A stretch of 48,333 nucleotides of DNA, filler included, from Catajapyx aquilonaris (Eukaryota), in assembly GCA_000934665.2 (NCBI GenBank). It is 2 parts of 2 records of this genome, joined end to end, with 100 filler letters (N's around TTAATTAATTAA, not from the genome) between each part and the next. Parts side by side here need not be neighbours in the genome. Positions count along the whole stretch, not along the records: positions 24,210 to 48,333 come from JYFJ02005570.1; 1 more part is not named here. The stretch is one strand, 5' to 3'. Below, piece by piece: positions 34,251 to 46,806 of the stretch; positions within the stretch are counted from its first letter, which is position 1; every line of letters begins with the position of its first letter. The translations under genes and the position numbers were made by a program. The notes beneath the pieces are model-generated. The model was not told the origin of the DNA. It was given only the letters and a program-made list of their open reading frames with translations, and did no database searches.

Positions 34251-34492
34251 GATTATTATTATTATTATTATGATTATTATTATTATTATTATATCTTACG
34301 TTTTCCTTGTACAGTATAGGGCTCCATACTAGATGGTACATTTGCCGAGTGTCCCCTGTAGGGGACGGCCCTTTTCTTACAATCTAGCATTCCATAATTT
34401 TTTTTATCATTTTTGTTGTGTTTTGGGGACTTTATAATTGATATTTAAGGAGGTTGGCCCAGCATTGCCTTTCAACCTCCAAGGATAGGGAA

Positions 34493-34667
34493 GAAAGGAA
34501 GCGGCTGTGGCCTATATAATACAAAAGCGACCCCGGAATTATCCGAGAAAGACCGTGGAAAACCACAGAAAACCACGGTCAGGGTTGCCGGCCCCGGGAT
34601 TAGAACCCAGGACCTCCCGATTAGAAGTCGGACGCCTTATCCACTATGCCAACCTGCTTCGGTGTGT
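34493..34667 (-). mobile_element. SINE family B
   Basis: Reverse complement of 33596-33770. Confidence 0.85.
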
Positions 34668-34744
34668 TTTGGGGACTACCGTATTATGAACTAATAAAAA
34701 CAAACAAAAAAACAAAATTTAAACAAAAAATCTTTCTGGCATAT

Positions 34745-35764
34745 CTACTATCCGTTTATTTAATATAGAGCCCTGTGTTTGACTCTAAATAACTCCCAGG
34801 CAAATTATTCAAAAAAATAAAGTTATATATCGTTCAAAAGCTAGTTTAAATCCACGTTACATATATGCGAGTTGTTTTCCTATCGTCAGTCTCTAATTTT
34901 TTATCGTAAAAAGAAGGCAGAAAAGTGTCATTTTTTGACTAGTTGCCAACGTTGCACCGCAAAGTGAATTTTTTTATGACACTTTCAGGAGGCCAAAAAA
35001 ATCCCCCTGTGAACCCTGGATAGTGCACATCTTTGTCTATCTAATGATATATTTGAAACGTTGAGATCGCCATTTCTGTAATCATAATTAAGTTAATACA
35101 CCTCTGTTATCTCGGCCATTTATAATCCGAATTACTTCGCGAATGTATCGACGGCAGGCCCGAAATGTACGTGATAAGATTACATTGTGCTCTATTACAC
35201 TTAAAAAATTTAAAGTATTGTTTTAGTAGGTTTAATAAAAAAGGACCCAGCCCGCTTTCTGGCGGGAATAGACGGTGATACTTTTAAATACGTTTAAAAT
35301 TTTTAGTGTAATAGAGTACGGTGTAATCTTATCAAGCACATTTCTGGCTTGCCGTCGATACATTCGCGAAGCAATTCGAATTATAAACGGCTGAGATAAC
35401 AGAGGTGTGCAATTAACTTAATTATGATTACAGAAATGGCGATCTCAATGTTTCAAATATATCATTAGATAGACAAAGATGTGCACTATCCAGGGTTCAC
35501 AGGGGGATTTTTTTGGCCTCCTGAAAGTGTCATAAAAAATTCACTTTGCGGTGCAACGTCGGCAACTAGTCAAAAAAATGACACTTTTCCGCCTTCTTTT
35601 TACGATAAAAAATTAGAGACTGACGATAGGAAAACAACTCGCATATATGTAACGTGGATTTAAACAAGCTTTCGAACGATATATGACTTTATTTTTTTGA
35701 ATAATTTGCCTGGGAGTTGTTTAGAGTCAAACACAGGGCTCTATATTAAATAAACAGATAGTAG
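34745..35764. mobile_element. ~1-kb foldback/palindromic element
   Basis: CTACTATCCGTTTATTTAATATAGAGCCCTGTG... is mirrored at the right end; ~480-bp arms with few mismatches. Confidence 0.85.
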
Positions 35765-36708
35765 GTTAATGTAATATTTTCAACAGATTTTGCAGTCTAT
35801 CTGTGAAGTCAGGCTGTAAATTGCTATTCGTTAGCAGAGAAATGCCATCAGCTTTTTAATTCATGTGGCAGACTGTTACGTTAACATTGTAAATATTTCG
35901 CTGGCAATCGAAAATCAAAAGCACGGTTTTCTCTCTTTTACTCCAATTTGCAGTTTAACAACATTAATGAGCAGTGGACCACATTCCTAATTTTGCTTGG
36001 CTTTTTCCCCCCCTCGTGTCAACAGCATGTGAAAGGTGTTGAGAACATGATTGTAATGGTGTTCATCATAATCGTCATCATCACCATCACGACATTTCCC
36101 TATAAGGGGTTGTCAGCGATGACGGTCCGAGCCACAAGGTAACCCAAAATATGAACTAAATTATAACTTGTAAAAATAAACCTATAAACAACCCGTCCCG
36201 CCCCCCACCCCTGCCCATTTCAGATGACAAACACTCAATATTAAATTTAAATATTACACTATGCAACGCGGTACAGGGGAAGAGGAATCAGCAACTGTTA
36301 AATTCCTCCAAGTGACTACAATATGTAATTAATGCTATTAAAATTGTGTAACTAAATGCCAGATTTATTACACAATTATTGTAATAGCATTAATTACTAT
36401 ACAGTAAATACAGTAAACGTGAGATTTAATTACACAATTGTAATAGAATTAATTATTATTCATCCCATTACTTACAATCCTGTTCTCAATCCCTTACGAT
36501 TGGTATAAGGGAAAAAGCTGAATGCAACATTAGGTGGTCGGTTGCTCATCAGTTATGTTAATGCACCTGCAAGAACTTCTTACATGTATGGGAAAGTTTG
36601 TTTGTTTGTCCATGGCAGGAAACAGGCTGTGGGAAGAACAGGCTCCGCTGCTAGCCTATTTGTTCGATAAGTACTAAGTATTAATGGGACCAATATTTTT
36701 CCCCAAAG

Positions 36709-37383
36709 CACTCTTTTCTCTGGGCCTGTGAACACGGCAGCATGATGGAGGTGGAACGAATGGTGGAGAAGCAAAAAGGGATCGAAGGACTTGTGGGCCT
36801 GGTGGACGACACCAACGGCTGGAGCGGGCTGCACTTGGCGGCCAAGAGAGGCGAGGATGCAGTGGTCGCTTTTCTGGTGAAGCAGGGCTGGCCAATTGAC
36901 CAGCAAGGGCTGGCGGAGGACACACCGCTGCACCTGGCCGCCATGGGTGGACATCCATCAACCTGCGGGCACCTGATCCGTGCAGGGGCGGAGGTCAAGG
37001 CCAAGGACGTCGATGATGATGAGCCGATCCACTATGCCTCACGGAAAAACCACGTAACAGTTGTTGACATCCTCCTGAAAGAAGGGGCATGCCTGAATGA
37101 ACCAGGCCTCATGAACTTTACACCTTTGCACCATGCAGCAGAGTGCGGCTGTCTAAACCTGGTTAAGTATCTCGTAGAGGCAGGTGCAGATCACTCCAAA
37201 AAGGATACTTATGGTCTGATGGCCCTCCACTATGCTAGGAAGAAGGGGAAGGCACAGGTGGTGAAGTATCTGGAGGTGAGCTTGTCCGCCAACCATTGAA
37301 CCTATCAGAAGAACAGACTCATTAATGACTTGGTCATAATTATGACGATGCTTCCCTCTTACTCTTTGCAGGACATCATGTGA
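36709..37383 (+). CDS. Ankyrin-repeat protein, 3' exons (36709-37275 and 37372-37383); 5' exon(s) not located
   Basis: Five to six ANK units (GWSGLHLAAKRG, DTPLHLAAMGG, DEPIHYASRKN, FTPLHHAAECG, LMALHYARKKG). Acceptor TTTTCCCCAAAG|CAC, donor GAG|GTGAGC, and acceptor CTCTTTGCAG|GACATCATGTGA. Confidence 0.8.
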
Positions 37384-37570
37384 GCAGTGAGCAAGACCCA
37401 CAAGCTCTGGCAGGAAGTTTCACTTCAAGTTGGGGATTGCAATTTTTTTTTTAACATGATGATGTGATTACAATTTTTTTAGCTTCCCATATTCTACTGT
37501 AGTATGTAATTGTGGTCATCCTGAGACATCTTTAGATAATTCTGTTAAAACTATCAGGTCCACCACCAGA

Positions 37571-38257
37571 GCTGTACAGTACCTATTGCTCTTCAGGCGT
37601 GTCTTCATTTCTGGAGAAAGAAAAGAAGTCACAAGGCACACGATATGGGCTGTATATGCCTGATGAGGAAGTGCAGGGAATTGAGTGTTTGGAGGGCATC
37701 TGCACTTCTGTGTGTGATTGCATGTGTTTGTGATCGAGCATTATTGTGGTGAACAATGACATTGGCCCTTTCCTGGGAGCATCCTGTTAACTTGTGCCGG
37801 AAACCTCTGCGGAGTGTCTACATTCACTTCAGAATTCACAGTTTTGCGACCGGGACAGGAACTCCACATGAATGACACCTTCTCCAGAGTATCAAATTCC
37901 CTGAACTTCCTCATCTGGCATATACAGCCCATATCTTGTGCCTTGTGACTTCTTTTCTTTCTCCAGAAATGAAGACACACCTGAAGGCAATCGGTACAGC
38001 TCCAATGAAGAAATTGAGGCTGTTGTTCGTGCTTGGTGCCTCTCCCACATCCCAGAGTTGTACGCCAACAGGAGGGAAAAACTAGTGCATCGTTGGTGAA
38101 AGGTTACTGCTGTGGGTGGTGGTTATGTCGTAAAGTAAATATATGATTATGAAGAGGAGATTCCAGGCTCTCATTTGATGGCACTCTCATTGTTTTGTGA
38201 CATGTATTAAAAATTCTATGTGCATGGAAGCAAAAATTATCAGCATGCCCTCATATA
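37571..38257 (+). mobile_element. Mariner transposase 3' relic (~37880-38140) with an inverted partial duplicate (~37571-37700)
   Basis: Degenerate YSP.L.PCDF motif and C-terminal KLVHRW...GGYV; the two segments are reverse complements. Confidence 0.7.
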
Positions 38258-39283
38258 TGATGTTGCACAGGCTGCATCATTAACTACTGCATGAAAAGAA
38301 TCGAAAGTGCATCATTGTGTGGCCTGAGATTGGGAGTAACGATGGGCTGCATCGCGCAATCCCCCCATTGTTGTAACAGGGAATAGCAGCAAATCAATTG
38401 TCACTGGAGCAGCAGATATGTACTGTACTTTTATACAGGGTGTCTCAACTTTTTTGTCCAGTTGAGGGATGTGCCATTAATCCTGAAATGATTCTGGCTA
38501 CATAGCTAGAAGATACATAGGCTTTTCCGATAACTGATTGGACAAAAAAGTTGAGATACCCTGCATGTTTATACTCCACAAGAAACAATTATGCGGAGGT
38601 GAAACGAAGGATGGCAGTTGAGTTTAAAGGCAGTGACTTTGTTGGTGCAATGTACCGGAAACGTGAAATCTGACCTCATCTGCCCAAATGAATCCAAACG
38701 TGGATTTTTCTGCAGCATTCCTGACCATATGTCTGTGAACTGCATATTTATTATATGCCTGTCCATTGAGAGCATTAAGCAAATGAGGGTGATACAGCTT
38801 TAAGTTCAGGCCCTTCTCTATTTTCTGTAGTGTTCAGGGAGGAATGTTCAGCTGTTTCAACACACACTGCTGTGATTTTGGCTTCTCAGGCATATGCCAC
38901 AAGAGCTTTGTTGTCATCAGTACGCACACTCCTCCGTCTACCTGCCCCTTCGCTTGCACGACAGTGCCTCTTGGCGTCGAATTTTGTGTTTACCCTTGTG
39001 ATGTTAGCACGCTGGGGCCACTGCCTCCATACTCAGCTGCTCTCCTTCGTTTCACCTCCACTTAATTGTTTGTTGCTGAGTATAAGCGCATACAATGAAT
39101 GCACTACTCAAGATGGTGCTGCTCCAAGAATTGCTCTGACAATTGATTCGCCGCTCTTCATTATCACAACAATGCAATGGGGAGATTTCCCGATGCGGCG
39201 CATCATTACTCCCAATCACATTGATGCCACTTTCGATACTTGATGCACAGTAGTTCAAATGCTACAGCCTGTGAAACATCATA
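38256..39283. mobile_element. Old TIR element with ~160-bp degenerate arms, containing a nested MITE (38436-38563) and a Tc1/mariner relic
   Basis: TATGATGTTGCACAGGCTG vs CAGCCTGTGAAACATCATA. Nested TA|CAGGGTGTCTCAACTTTTTTGTCCA TIR. Minus-strand FIWADEVRFH near 38662-38692. Confidence 0.6.
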
Positions 39284-39876
39284 TACATAAATATGCGCCA
39301 CTCTGTGCATATATATGAGCAGAACTAGCACAGACCACTTGCTTTGAGCTGGATTGCTGCTGAAGACGTGGGGTGTGTTTTTGGTCCCTCTCCAGGAAGC
39401 TGGGGAAGGGGCACTGAGGAGAGGTGGAAGCGGGCGATACCCGTGGACTGGGGTTCACGCTGCTGGCTAATGAATAGAGCAGTTTTAATATGACTTCCCA
39501 TGCTCGCCAGTCTGAGTAATGATGTGATTAGTGAATCGTTTGCAATATATTCATCCAAATGGATACAAACTGATTTTCTTCCACATGGTATACACTCCGT
39601 AAAGAATGAGTTCCTCATTATGATAAAATAAATAATTGATTTATGATATTATTGCATGTTTCTTAACTTTAATTGGCTCATTACATTTCCAAAATTAGCG
39701 CGATGAACGAAGAGTGTCGTGTCTGTTAGTTTCGCGCAGCCACGGTTTCGGCTCATCTCGTCTCTTGATTTTCTCCCCACGCCATCTTCCATTCCCGTTC
39801 ATGTGATTCCAGTGTTCCTGTTCTACCGTTCCTTTGTTGGCATGTCCTCACTGTGAACACTGTCCCATGGGCGCCG

Positions 39877-42178
39877 CACAGTGGCCAATGTCAGGAAAAA
39901 CACGAAAGAAAATGGTAGCTCCTAAACTAAACCGTTTAAGTACGTAAAAAACACTTCTCCCCATGTTTTCCGAGTCGCTGATTTCGATTTTTATGTCATT
40001 TTGAACATAGGCCTACAGGGTGTACTAAAAACTCACTATGGAATCTACGAACGTGTACAATATGCATTACAAATAGGTGAAAATAACATTTACCGATGTT
40101 TTCGCGGTCCTAATTTTGATTTTTTAGCTTATTTTGTACCAGGACATACAGGGTGTACCATAAAAAGACCATCGAATTTAAGAACTTGTGGAATCTGCAT
40201 TACAAGTACGGATATGTGAAAATAGTATTTTACCGTATGTTGGTGGACAATGATTTTGATTTTTAGGATATACTGAACCCAGACAAATAGCTTGTATCAA
40301 AAACACCGTCAAATTTGAGATATCGTGGAATAAATAGTACAGTAGCTATATAACACGATAGCATTTAATAATAGGCCTATATGTAGGTGAAAGGAATGTT
40401 TCCCCAGTTTTTATGGTCGCTGATTTAGATTTTGAGGAAAATTCCAACCCAGGCCAACAAATTGTATCGTAAACACCATAACCCCTCCAAAAGTAACAGA
40501 AAATAATATACAAAATACGCAGTTCAAACATTCGGCATTCTTCTGATTCATTGGAACGCGCCTGCTTTTGACATGATTGCATAATGTTAAAAATTAAATG
40601 TTTAGGAATATAAGTACTTGGTCTCGTAGAGCATGGATTTGGAACTGTTAGCAGAATATCAATAATGGGTACTTGTTTCTTGTAAATCCGAGAAATTTCA
40701 ACTTGTAACATTCCGCAAATTTTCACAAATTTTGAAGTTCAATTAGGCATACAAAACGGAGTCAGTACGAGTCAGTGATGAAATTGGATTTAAGTTGACC
40801 TGAGGATAATAGGGAAACTATCCAAGTAAGAATCAGCTGCGGCGAGCCGCAGCTGAAGGAAATATTCTACGATATTCACTTTCAGAGGCCACTTCATCTT
40901 CTTTTTGCACTGAATTACTGCAGTATTAGTATTACGGTGCGACCCAACTTCACAAAATGGTACCTTGGGACAAAAATTATTAGTCCAAAAGAGACCCTGT
41001 GGTTTGAGGCATAAAATTTTGAAGCTATACCTACAGGGTGTCCCAAAAACTCACTATGGAATCTACGAACGTGTACAATAATTTTTGTCCCAAGGTAGCA
41101 TTTTGTGAAGTGGGATCGCACCGTACTACCAATACTGCAGTAATTCAGTGCAAAAAGAAGATGAAGTGGCCCCTGAAAGTGAATATCGTAGAATATTTCC
41201 TTCAGTTGCGGGTCGACGCAGCTGATACTTACTTGGATAGTTTCCCTATTATCCGCAGGTCAACTTAAATCCAATTTCATCACTGACTCGTACTGACTCC
41301 CTTTGGTATGCCTAATTGAACTTCAAAATTTGTGAAAATTTGCGGAATGTTACAAGTTGAAATTTCTCAGATTTACAAGAAACAATTACCCATTATTGAT
41401 ATTCTGTTAACAGTTCCAAATCCATGCTCTACGAGACCAAGTACTTATTTTCCTAAACATTTAGTTTTTAACATTATGCAATCATGTCAAAAGCAGGCGC
41501 GTTCCGATGAATCAGAAGATTGCTGAATGTTTGAACTGCGTATTTTGTATATTATTTTCTGTTACTTTTGGAGTGGTTATGGTGTTTATGATACAATTTG
41601 TTGACCCTGGGTTGGAATTTTCCTCAAAATCTAAATCAGCGACCATAAAAACTGGGGAAACATTCCTTTCACCTACATATAGGCCTATTATTAAATGCTA
41701 TCGTGTTATATACTGTACTATTTATTCCACGATATTTCAAATTTGACGGTGTTTTTGATACAAGCTATTTGTCTGGGTTCAGTATATCCTAAAAATCAAA
41801 ATCATTGTCCACCAACATACGGTAAAATACTATTTTCACATATCCGTACTTGTAATGCAGATTCCACAAGTTCTTAAATTCGATGGTCTTTTTATGGTAC
41901 ACCCTGTATGTCCTGGTACAAAATAAGCTAAAAAATCAAAATTAGGACCGCGAAAACATCGGTAAATGTTATTTTCACCTATTTGTAATGCATATTGTAC
42001 ACGTTCGTAGATTCCATAGTGAGTTTTTAGTACACCCTGTAGGCCTATGTTCAAAATGACATAAAAATCGAAATCAGCGACTCGGAAAACATGGGGAGAA
42101 GTGTTTTTTACGTACTTAAACGGTTTAGTTTAGGAGCTACCATTTTCTTTCGTGTTTTTCCTGACATTGGCCACTGTC
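39877..42178. mobile_element. Transib-like non-autonomous foldback element (2.3 kb)
   Basis: Left end CACAGTGG; right end CCACTGTC (one terminal mismatch). 5-bp GC-rich TSD CGCCG at 39872-39876 and 42179-42183. ~1.1-kb near-identical inverted arms around a 95-bp spacer. Confidence 0.8.
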
Positions 42179-43030
42179 CGCCGGTCGGAATGCAGCGATG
42201 GGTACATATGTACCAAAATGGCGTCGCATTTTCCTTTCTTATTACCTCTTCTTACTATCGCAAGGCCACATTGCTTTTCCGACATGCGTTGTTGCGGGTA
42301 CACGCCACGTTTGGGGCAGTTCTCTTTTGACGGGTCGGTGTTGTCTGTTTTTATTGATTTTGGAAGTGTATCAAAATAAACCCATGTTAGGTTCATGTAA
42401 TTTTGGGAAAACTGTACTACACCCGTTGGTAATACTGTTCATATTTTGCAACACTAACACCGTGATATTTAGTATATGAATGCGTAGAATAGGGAGATGA
42501 CGGTATATATTTCAGTACTGCTAAATTATTAAGTTCTATAGTTCACACATTTTGTGTGCATGTTGGCATTATGAAGTCATCAACTTCCGGAGTAAAATCA
42601 TTTCGTTCGACGGTAGTCGGTACTCGGTAGTTTCTGCGCACGTTTCTGGCGGAACCTGCTTTGTGGTTTGTGCCACAGACGACGCCACAACGGAGAGAGA
42701 GAGGGATTCACTATGGTAAGGTTTTATACTTTTATCCAGTGTAATGTTGCATATTTGCCTGATTGTGCGTCATGCAAGGGGACTAGTTTATTGTATGTGT
42801 ATTGCATTTTTGTGGGGAAGACAAATCAACTCTGAGGATAGAAAGAGGGAGTATTACATTGTGTATGTCACCTGCACTGAGAAGCCCTCAATTGCTTTGA
42901 GGCCCTGCAAGTAAACAGCTTAGCTCTTGGTGTCGCTGAAGAATGGAAACCTTACAGCATAGCAAGGTGGAGTAGCCATATGAGAGGAATATGGAGAATT
43001 TGGGACAGCTAGAAGTGGCATTGCGCCTTA

Positions 43031-43163
43031 AGGCCGGTATCCACGTACGTAAGAGGAAAAAGTAGAAAATTTTCTACTTTTTCCTCTTTTCTCGTATCTG
43101 GGCATGCGCAGTTGGCTCCTCGCGGCTCCTCGTATGCGAGATTCTCGTACGTGGATCCGGCCT
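43031..43163. mobile_element. PIF/Harbinger-like MITE
   Basis: TTA|AGGCCGGTATCCACGTACG...CGTACGTGGATCCGGCCT|TTA. Confidence 0.8.
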
Positions 43164-43655
43164 TTAGGGTTGGATTCACGAATGGATGCAAATAAGCTGT
43201 GTAGCACCAGTTGATTGCAAGTTGTTGTTGCTACCAAATCCTTGGAAAATGTTAGGTTTTACCAGGTCTAAAAGAAGAGTGGAGATATCAATGTATTTTC
43301 GAATTTTAAAAAAACAACTCCACACGATACCATTTACAGCTTGAAACTGGTTGAAAGAAGCTATTCCATTCAATCATTGCAACCAATGTAGCTGAACACT
43401 ATTTTAAAATGGTAAATTTAACCTGCATTGTGAGGTGGTTTTGAGGTGTAGAAAAACTAAACTTGAATTTAGCCTCCAGTTGGAGGTTGTCTTCTGGTGA
43501 ATAAAAATTGAACCTCATTTCAATTTAGGAGGTTGCTGGGAGGAATTTGAAAAATGAATTATGGGCTTTGAGAATTTTAGATGGGAAATTAGACAATTTT
43601 AATTGCATAAGTTATATGAAAATTACAGATGGAACCCTTCACTACATGAGATAAA

Positions 43656-43904
43656 TGAGGGGTGTGGTGGAAAAAGGTGATAATCCACAAAAGTTTAATT
43701 TTCCAGGAGAGCGAATGGAAGTTTGCAATCTCTTCGCAAATCATAGAGAATGCGGGCTATGATCTAGTCTGTGTTGCTGTATCGTGCATGATCCGGAACT
43801 TGAAGTACACCAAACAGTTTGTCGTGTCTTTTACATAGTTGCTAGGTGTTTAGGTCAAAAATGACAAAAATGAGGGTTATCACCTTTTTCCACCACACCC
43901 CTCA
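43656..43904. mobile_element. Mariner-like MITE
   Basis: TGAGGGGTGTGGTGGAAAAAGGTGATAA and its exact reverse complement. Confidence 0.7.
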
Positions 43905-43960
43905 AATGATAAGGTGATTGTTAAAGAATATATCTGTAGAAGAATAAAGAACTTCAAATA

Positions 43961-44499
43961 CAGTGGGACCCGCTTATTTGGACCACATCGTGGCCACGGC
44001 ATTTCGGCCCAATAAAGCCGGGGTTCGATTAACCGGGGTTCATGTGAAACAACGGGGGGAAAACACAAAAAATTAGACTGCACTACCAGCTTTAATCCTA
44101 AAAAATGATTGCGCAACAGGTTAAGGTAAAATCGATGTATAAAAGTGACTGAGACATGCAAGTGTCGTGGAAGTGCAAAGTACTGTACTGTACAGTAATT
44201 TTAGTGCTCATTCCGCTGTAAAAAATTGTGTAGTAGTAGTAACACCTGTCAGGCTCTTGTTTTTGGCTTCATGTTAACAAAGTCCGCCCAGGTGTCGAGT
44301 GCAATCACAGGACTGCCGTCATTCCCTACTTGCATAAAACATCGTCAGTAGCATAGCATTATAGCAACCAAACTGGTCCAACTAACCGGGGAAATCACCA
44401 GCTATGCGGGGAAAAATTACATTTATGGTATTCATTTGATTCCAGTCCTGGCGATTCGGTCCAAAAATGAGGGGGGGGGGGATTAAGCGGGTCGCACTG
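43961..44499. mobile_element. Tc1/pogo-like MITE
   Basis: TA|CAGTGGGACCCGCTTA...TAAGCGGGTCGCACTG|TA. Confidence 0.7.
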
Positions 44500-45139
44500 T
44501 ACTTGCTTTGATGGGTGCTTGCCCCAGATAGATTTGATGTTGGCAGTTTTTTGGGCAAAGCCTGATTGTTACAGTGTGAGGATGATTCTTTTCACACTTG
44601 ATTATTTTAGACCAAGCCTGTTCATGTTTTCAGGAGAAGTTAGGATTAATGTACTCTCCGAATTGCATAAGTGTGAACCTTTCTTGGATATCCATATGCC
44701 GAAAGTAGTGCCCACCATGCCGGGCCCTACCGCTTCTCACAACAGAATGTGCAGTTTGTGTAGCGCTGCAGCTTCCGCATGAGCTGCCCATGATAATTAG
44801 GTATTCGAATTACATGTACCAGCACTGTTTCTTCGAGAAAGCCAGCGATACTGGGGACTAATTTTGCGGCGGCTCACCCCTTCAGGCGTATGTATGCCCG
44901 AAAAGGTTCGGACTTACGCGAATCGGAGAGTAACTGGATCATGTCTATGTTCCCATGGAATTACCCAACTATTTGAGGAGAGTAAAGATTTTAAGAGTAG
45001 TAACAATCTGCTCAATAAAATGATTCTGTTTTTAGGGGGAACAAAAAGCAAATTTGGATTCAACTTCACGTACTCTCCATTGCAAATTTTGTTTTTTCGC
45101 TGGGTGGAGGAGGGAAGGTGTGGGGTATAGTCTTTGGTA

Positions 45140-45421
45140 TAGTGTTGGACATTAATCGCGTCATACTGCTTGCGACATTTCGGATGCGGCAGAAGTGCAA
45201 ATCGAAGTGATAGAGTGTGAGCCATGTGAGTAAGAAGAGGTAGGCCTTGAGTGATGTCACCGGCTGGGGGGCAATGGAGAAAAGGCTTGTCCCCAGCCAG
45301 TGACGTCACCCAAGGGTTACCATTTCTTACTCGCACATCTCGCACTCTATCACTTCAATTTGCACATGTGCCGCATCGGAAAATGTCGATAGCAGTATGA
45401 CAGAATTAATGTCCAGCACTG
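45140..45421. mobile_element. MITE with ~95-bp degenerate TIRs
   Basis: AGTGTTGGACATTAAT..GTCATACTGCT is mirrored by AGCAGTATGAC..ATTAATGTCCAGCACTG, with TA flanks. Confidence 0.75.
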
Positions 45422-45990
45422 TACAGGTAGCCTGCCAACCGGGGTAATGTTTTCCTTTACACAAGCCCAGTAACGTGAAGATTCCCCACCAGTTGGTAGC
45501 ACCAGAGGGGTTGGCAAAGATTTACTTGTGTTATTATGGATTTACATGATTTCCTTGCCATTTTCCATGGTTTTGTTGTAGGAAGGTGGGTTATTTCCCT
45601 GTAATATGTTTTAAGAGTATTCCTATGGCACCTATTTTGAGATTGAATTCCAAAGTTCTTGGATTTGGAGAAATGGGGCCAAACTTGAGCATGATAGCAG
45701 TCCATACTGGTCTCTGGCTGTCTACTTCCACCTGACTTATAAGTGATGATAGTCACTTTCATTGTCAATGAATGAACTGACAGATAACCTGAGTTGCACT
45801 GGCTTCTTCCCACTCAACTATACAGGGGGATCCAAAGTACTCATCCACTTACTATTTGGAATTTATTGGACCGACCAAGCCATTAAGGCCCAACAGCCCA
45901 TTCACTCAACATTTACAACAAAATTAATACAGAACAAAACAGACCACCAGTCATCAGTCCATCATAGTTAAAACCACCAGTCATCACATG

Positions 45991-46084
45991 ATTGAACCTA
46001 ATATTAACAACTAGTGCTTTTGATAACATCCAAAGTAACTTCTTAATGTTATCAAAAGCACTAGTTGTTAATATTAGGTTCAAT
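45991..46084. repeat. Perfect 39-bp inverted repeat with a 16-nt loop
   Basis: ATTGAACCTAATATTAACAACTAGTGCTTTTGATAACAT and its exact reverse complement at 46046-46084. Confidence 0.95.
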
Positions 46085-46447
46085 TGCATCATCTATCCCA
46101 CCTCAAAATTGCAACGAATTTCTGATTGGGAATGGCCCATTGAACAATTGGTGTCAACCTGCCAAACATACAATTGGCCATAATCCACATTGGATTGTGT
46201 GGCTGGAATCAGTAATCCTGACATTAAATTGAATTTTTTTATTTATTTTATTTATTTTATTTTTCTATTACCCCGTGATAACCCGATCAGGGTTGATAGG
46301 GGATTGGATCGTCGTTTCTGTAATAATGAGCCACAGCCGCTTCCTTCCTTCCCTATCCCTGGTCCCATCCAATGGTCGTAATCCACCCCCCTAAGGGAGC
46401 CAAAGGCTCTAGCACAGGGTATGATTTAAAAAAACAACAACAACAAA

Positions 46448-46580
46448 CATTTCCCTATAATAAGGGGTAGTCAGCGATGAAAGGAGACGCAAGTTAACTC
46501 CACATATGAACTAAATTGAAACTTGTCAAAATAAAGCCATAAACCACCCGTCCAACCCCCCACCCCTGCCTATCTCAGAC
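46448..46580 (+). repeat. Dispersed repeat fragment (second copy ~36092-36230)
   Basis: ACATTTCCCTATAA...GTCAGCGATGA...ATATGAACTAAATT...CCCCCACCCCTGCC in both places. Confidence 0.7.
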
Positions 46581-46806
46581 AACGGACAGGGTAGCAGGTA
46601 GCCCGAGCCACCATGTGCCGGCCAGCAGGATCCTGTCCAGCCACTACGACACCTGGTTGACTTCACTCCTGCACTAAGTTAAGGCATGCAGGCCCTACTC
46701 CACTGCGTACCGAGCGTCAGGGCTCTCCCCACCCGCCCAATCTCGCGGCCGCCTGGTGTGTGTAATTGTCTGCGTGAATGCTCCTGTCATTTCCTGTGTA
46801 CCTCCA

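Noticed and set aside
36580..37004. Three minus-strand ORFs over the ankyrin exon
   Set aside because: GC-rich antisense shadows; the plus strand has clear ankyrin consensus and splice sites.
40001..42054. Identical or near-identical ORF pairs on opposite strands (40001+/41836-, 40346-/41332+)
   Set aside because: A consequence of the inverted arms; non-ATG starts, a frameshift between copies and no transposase motifs.
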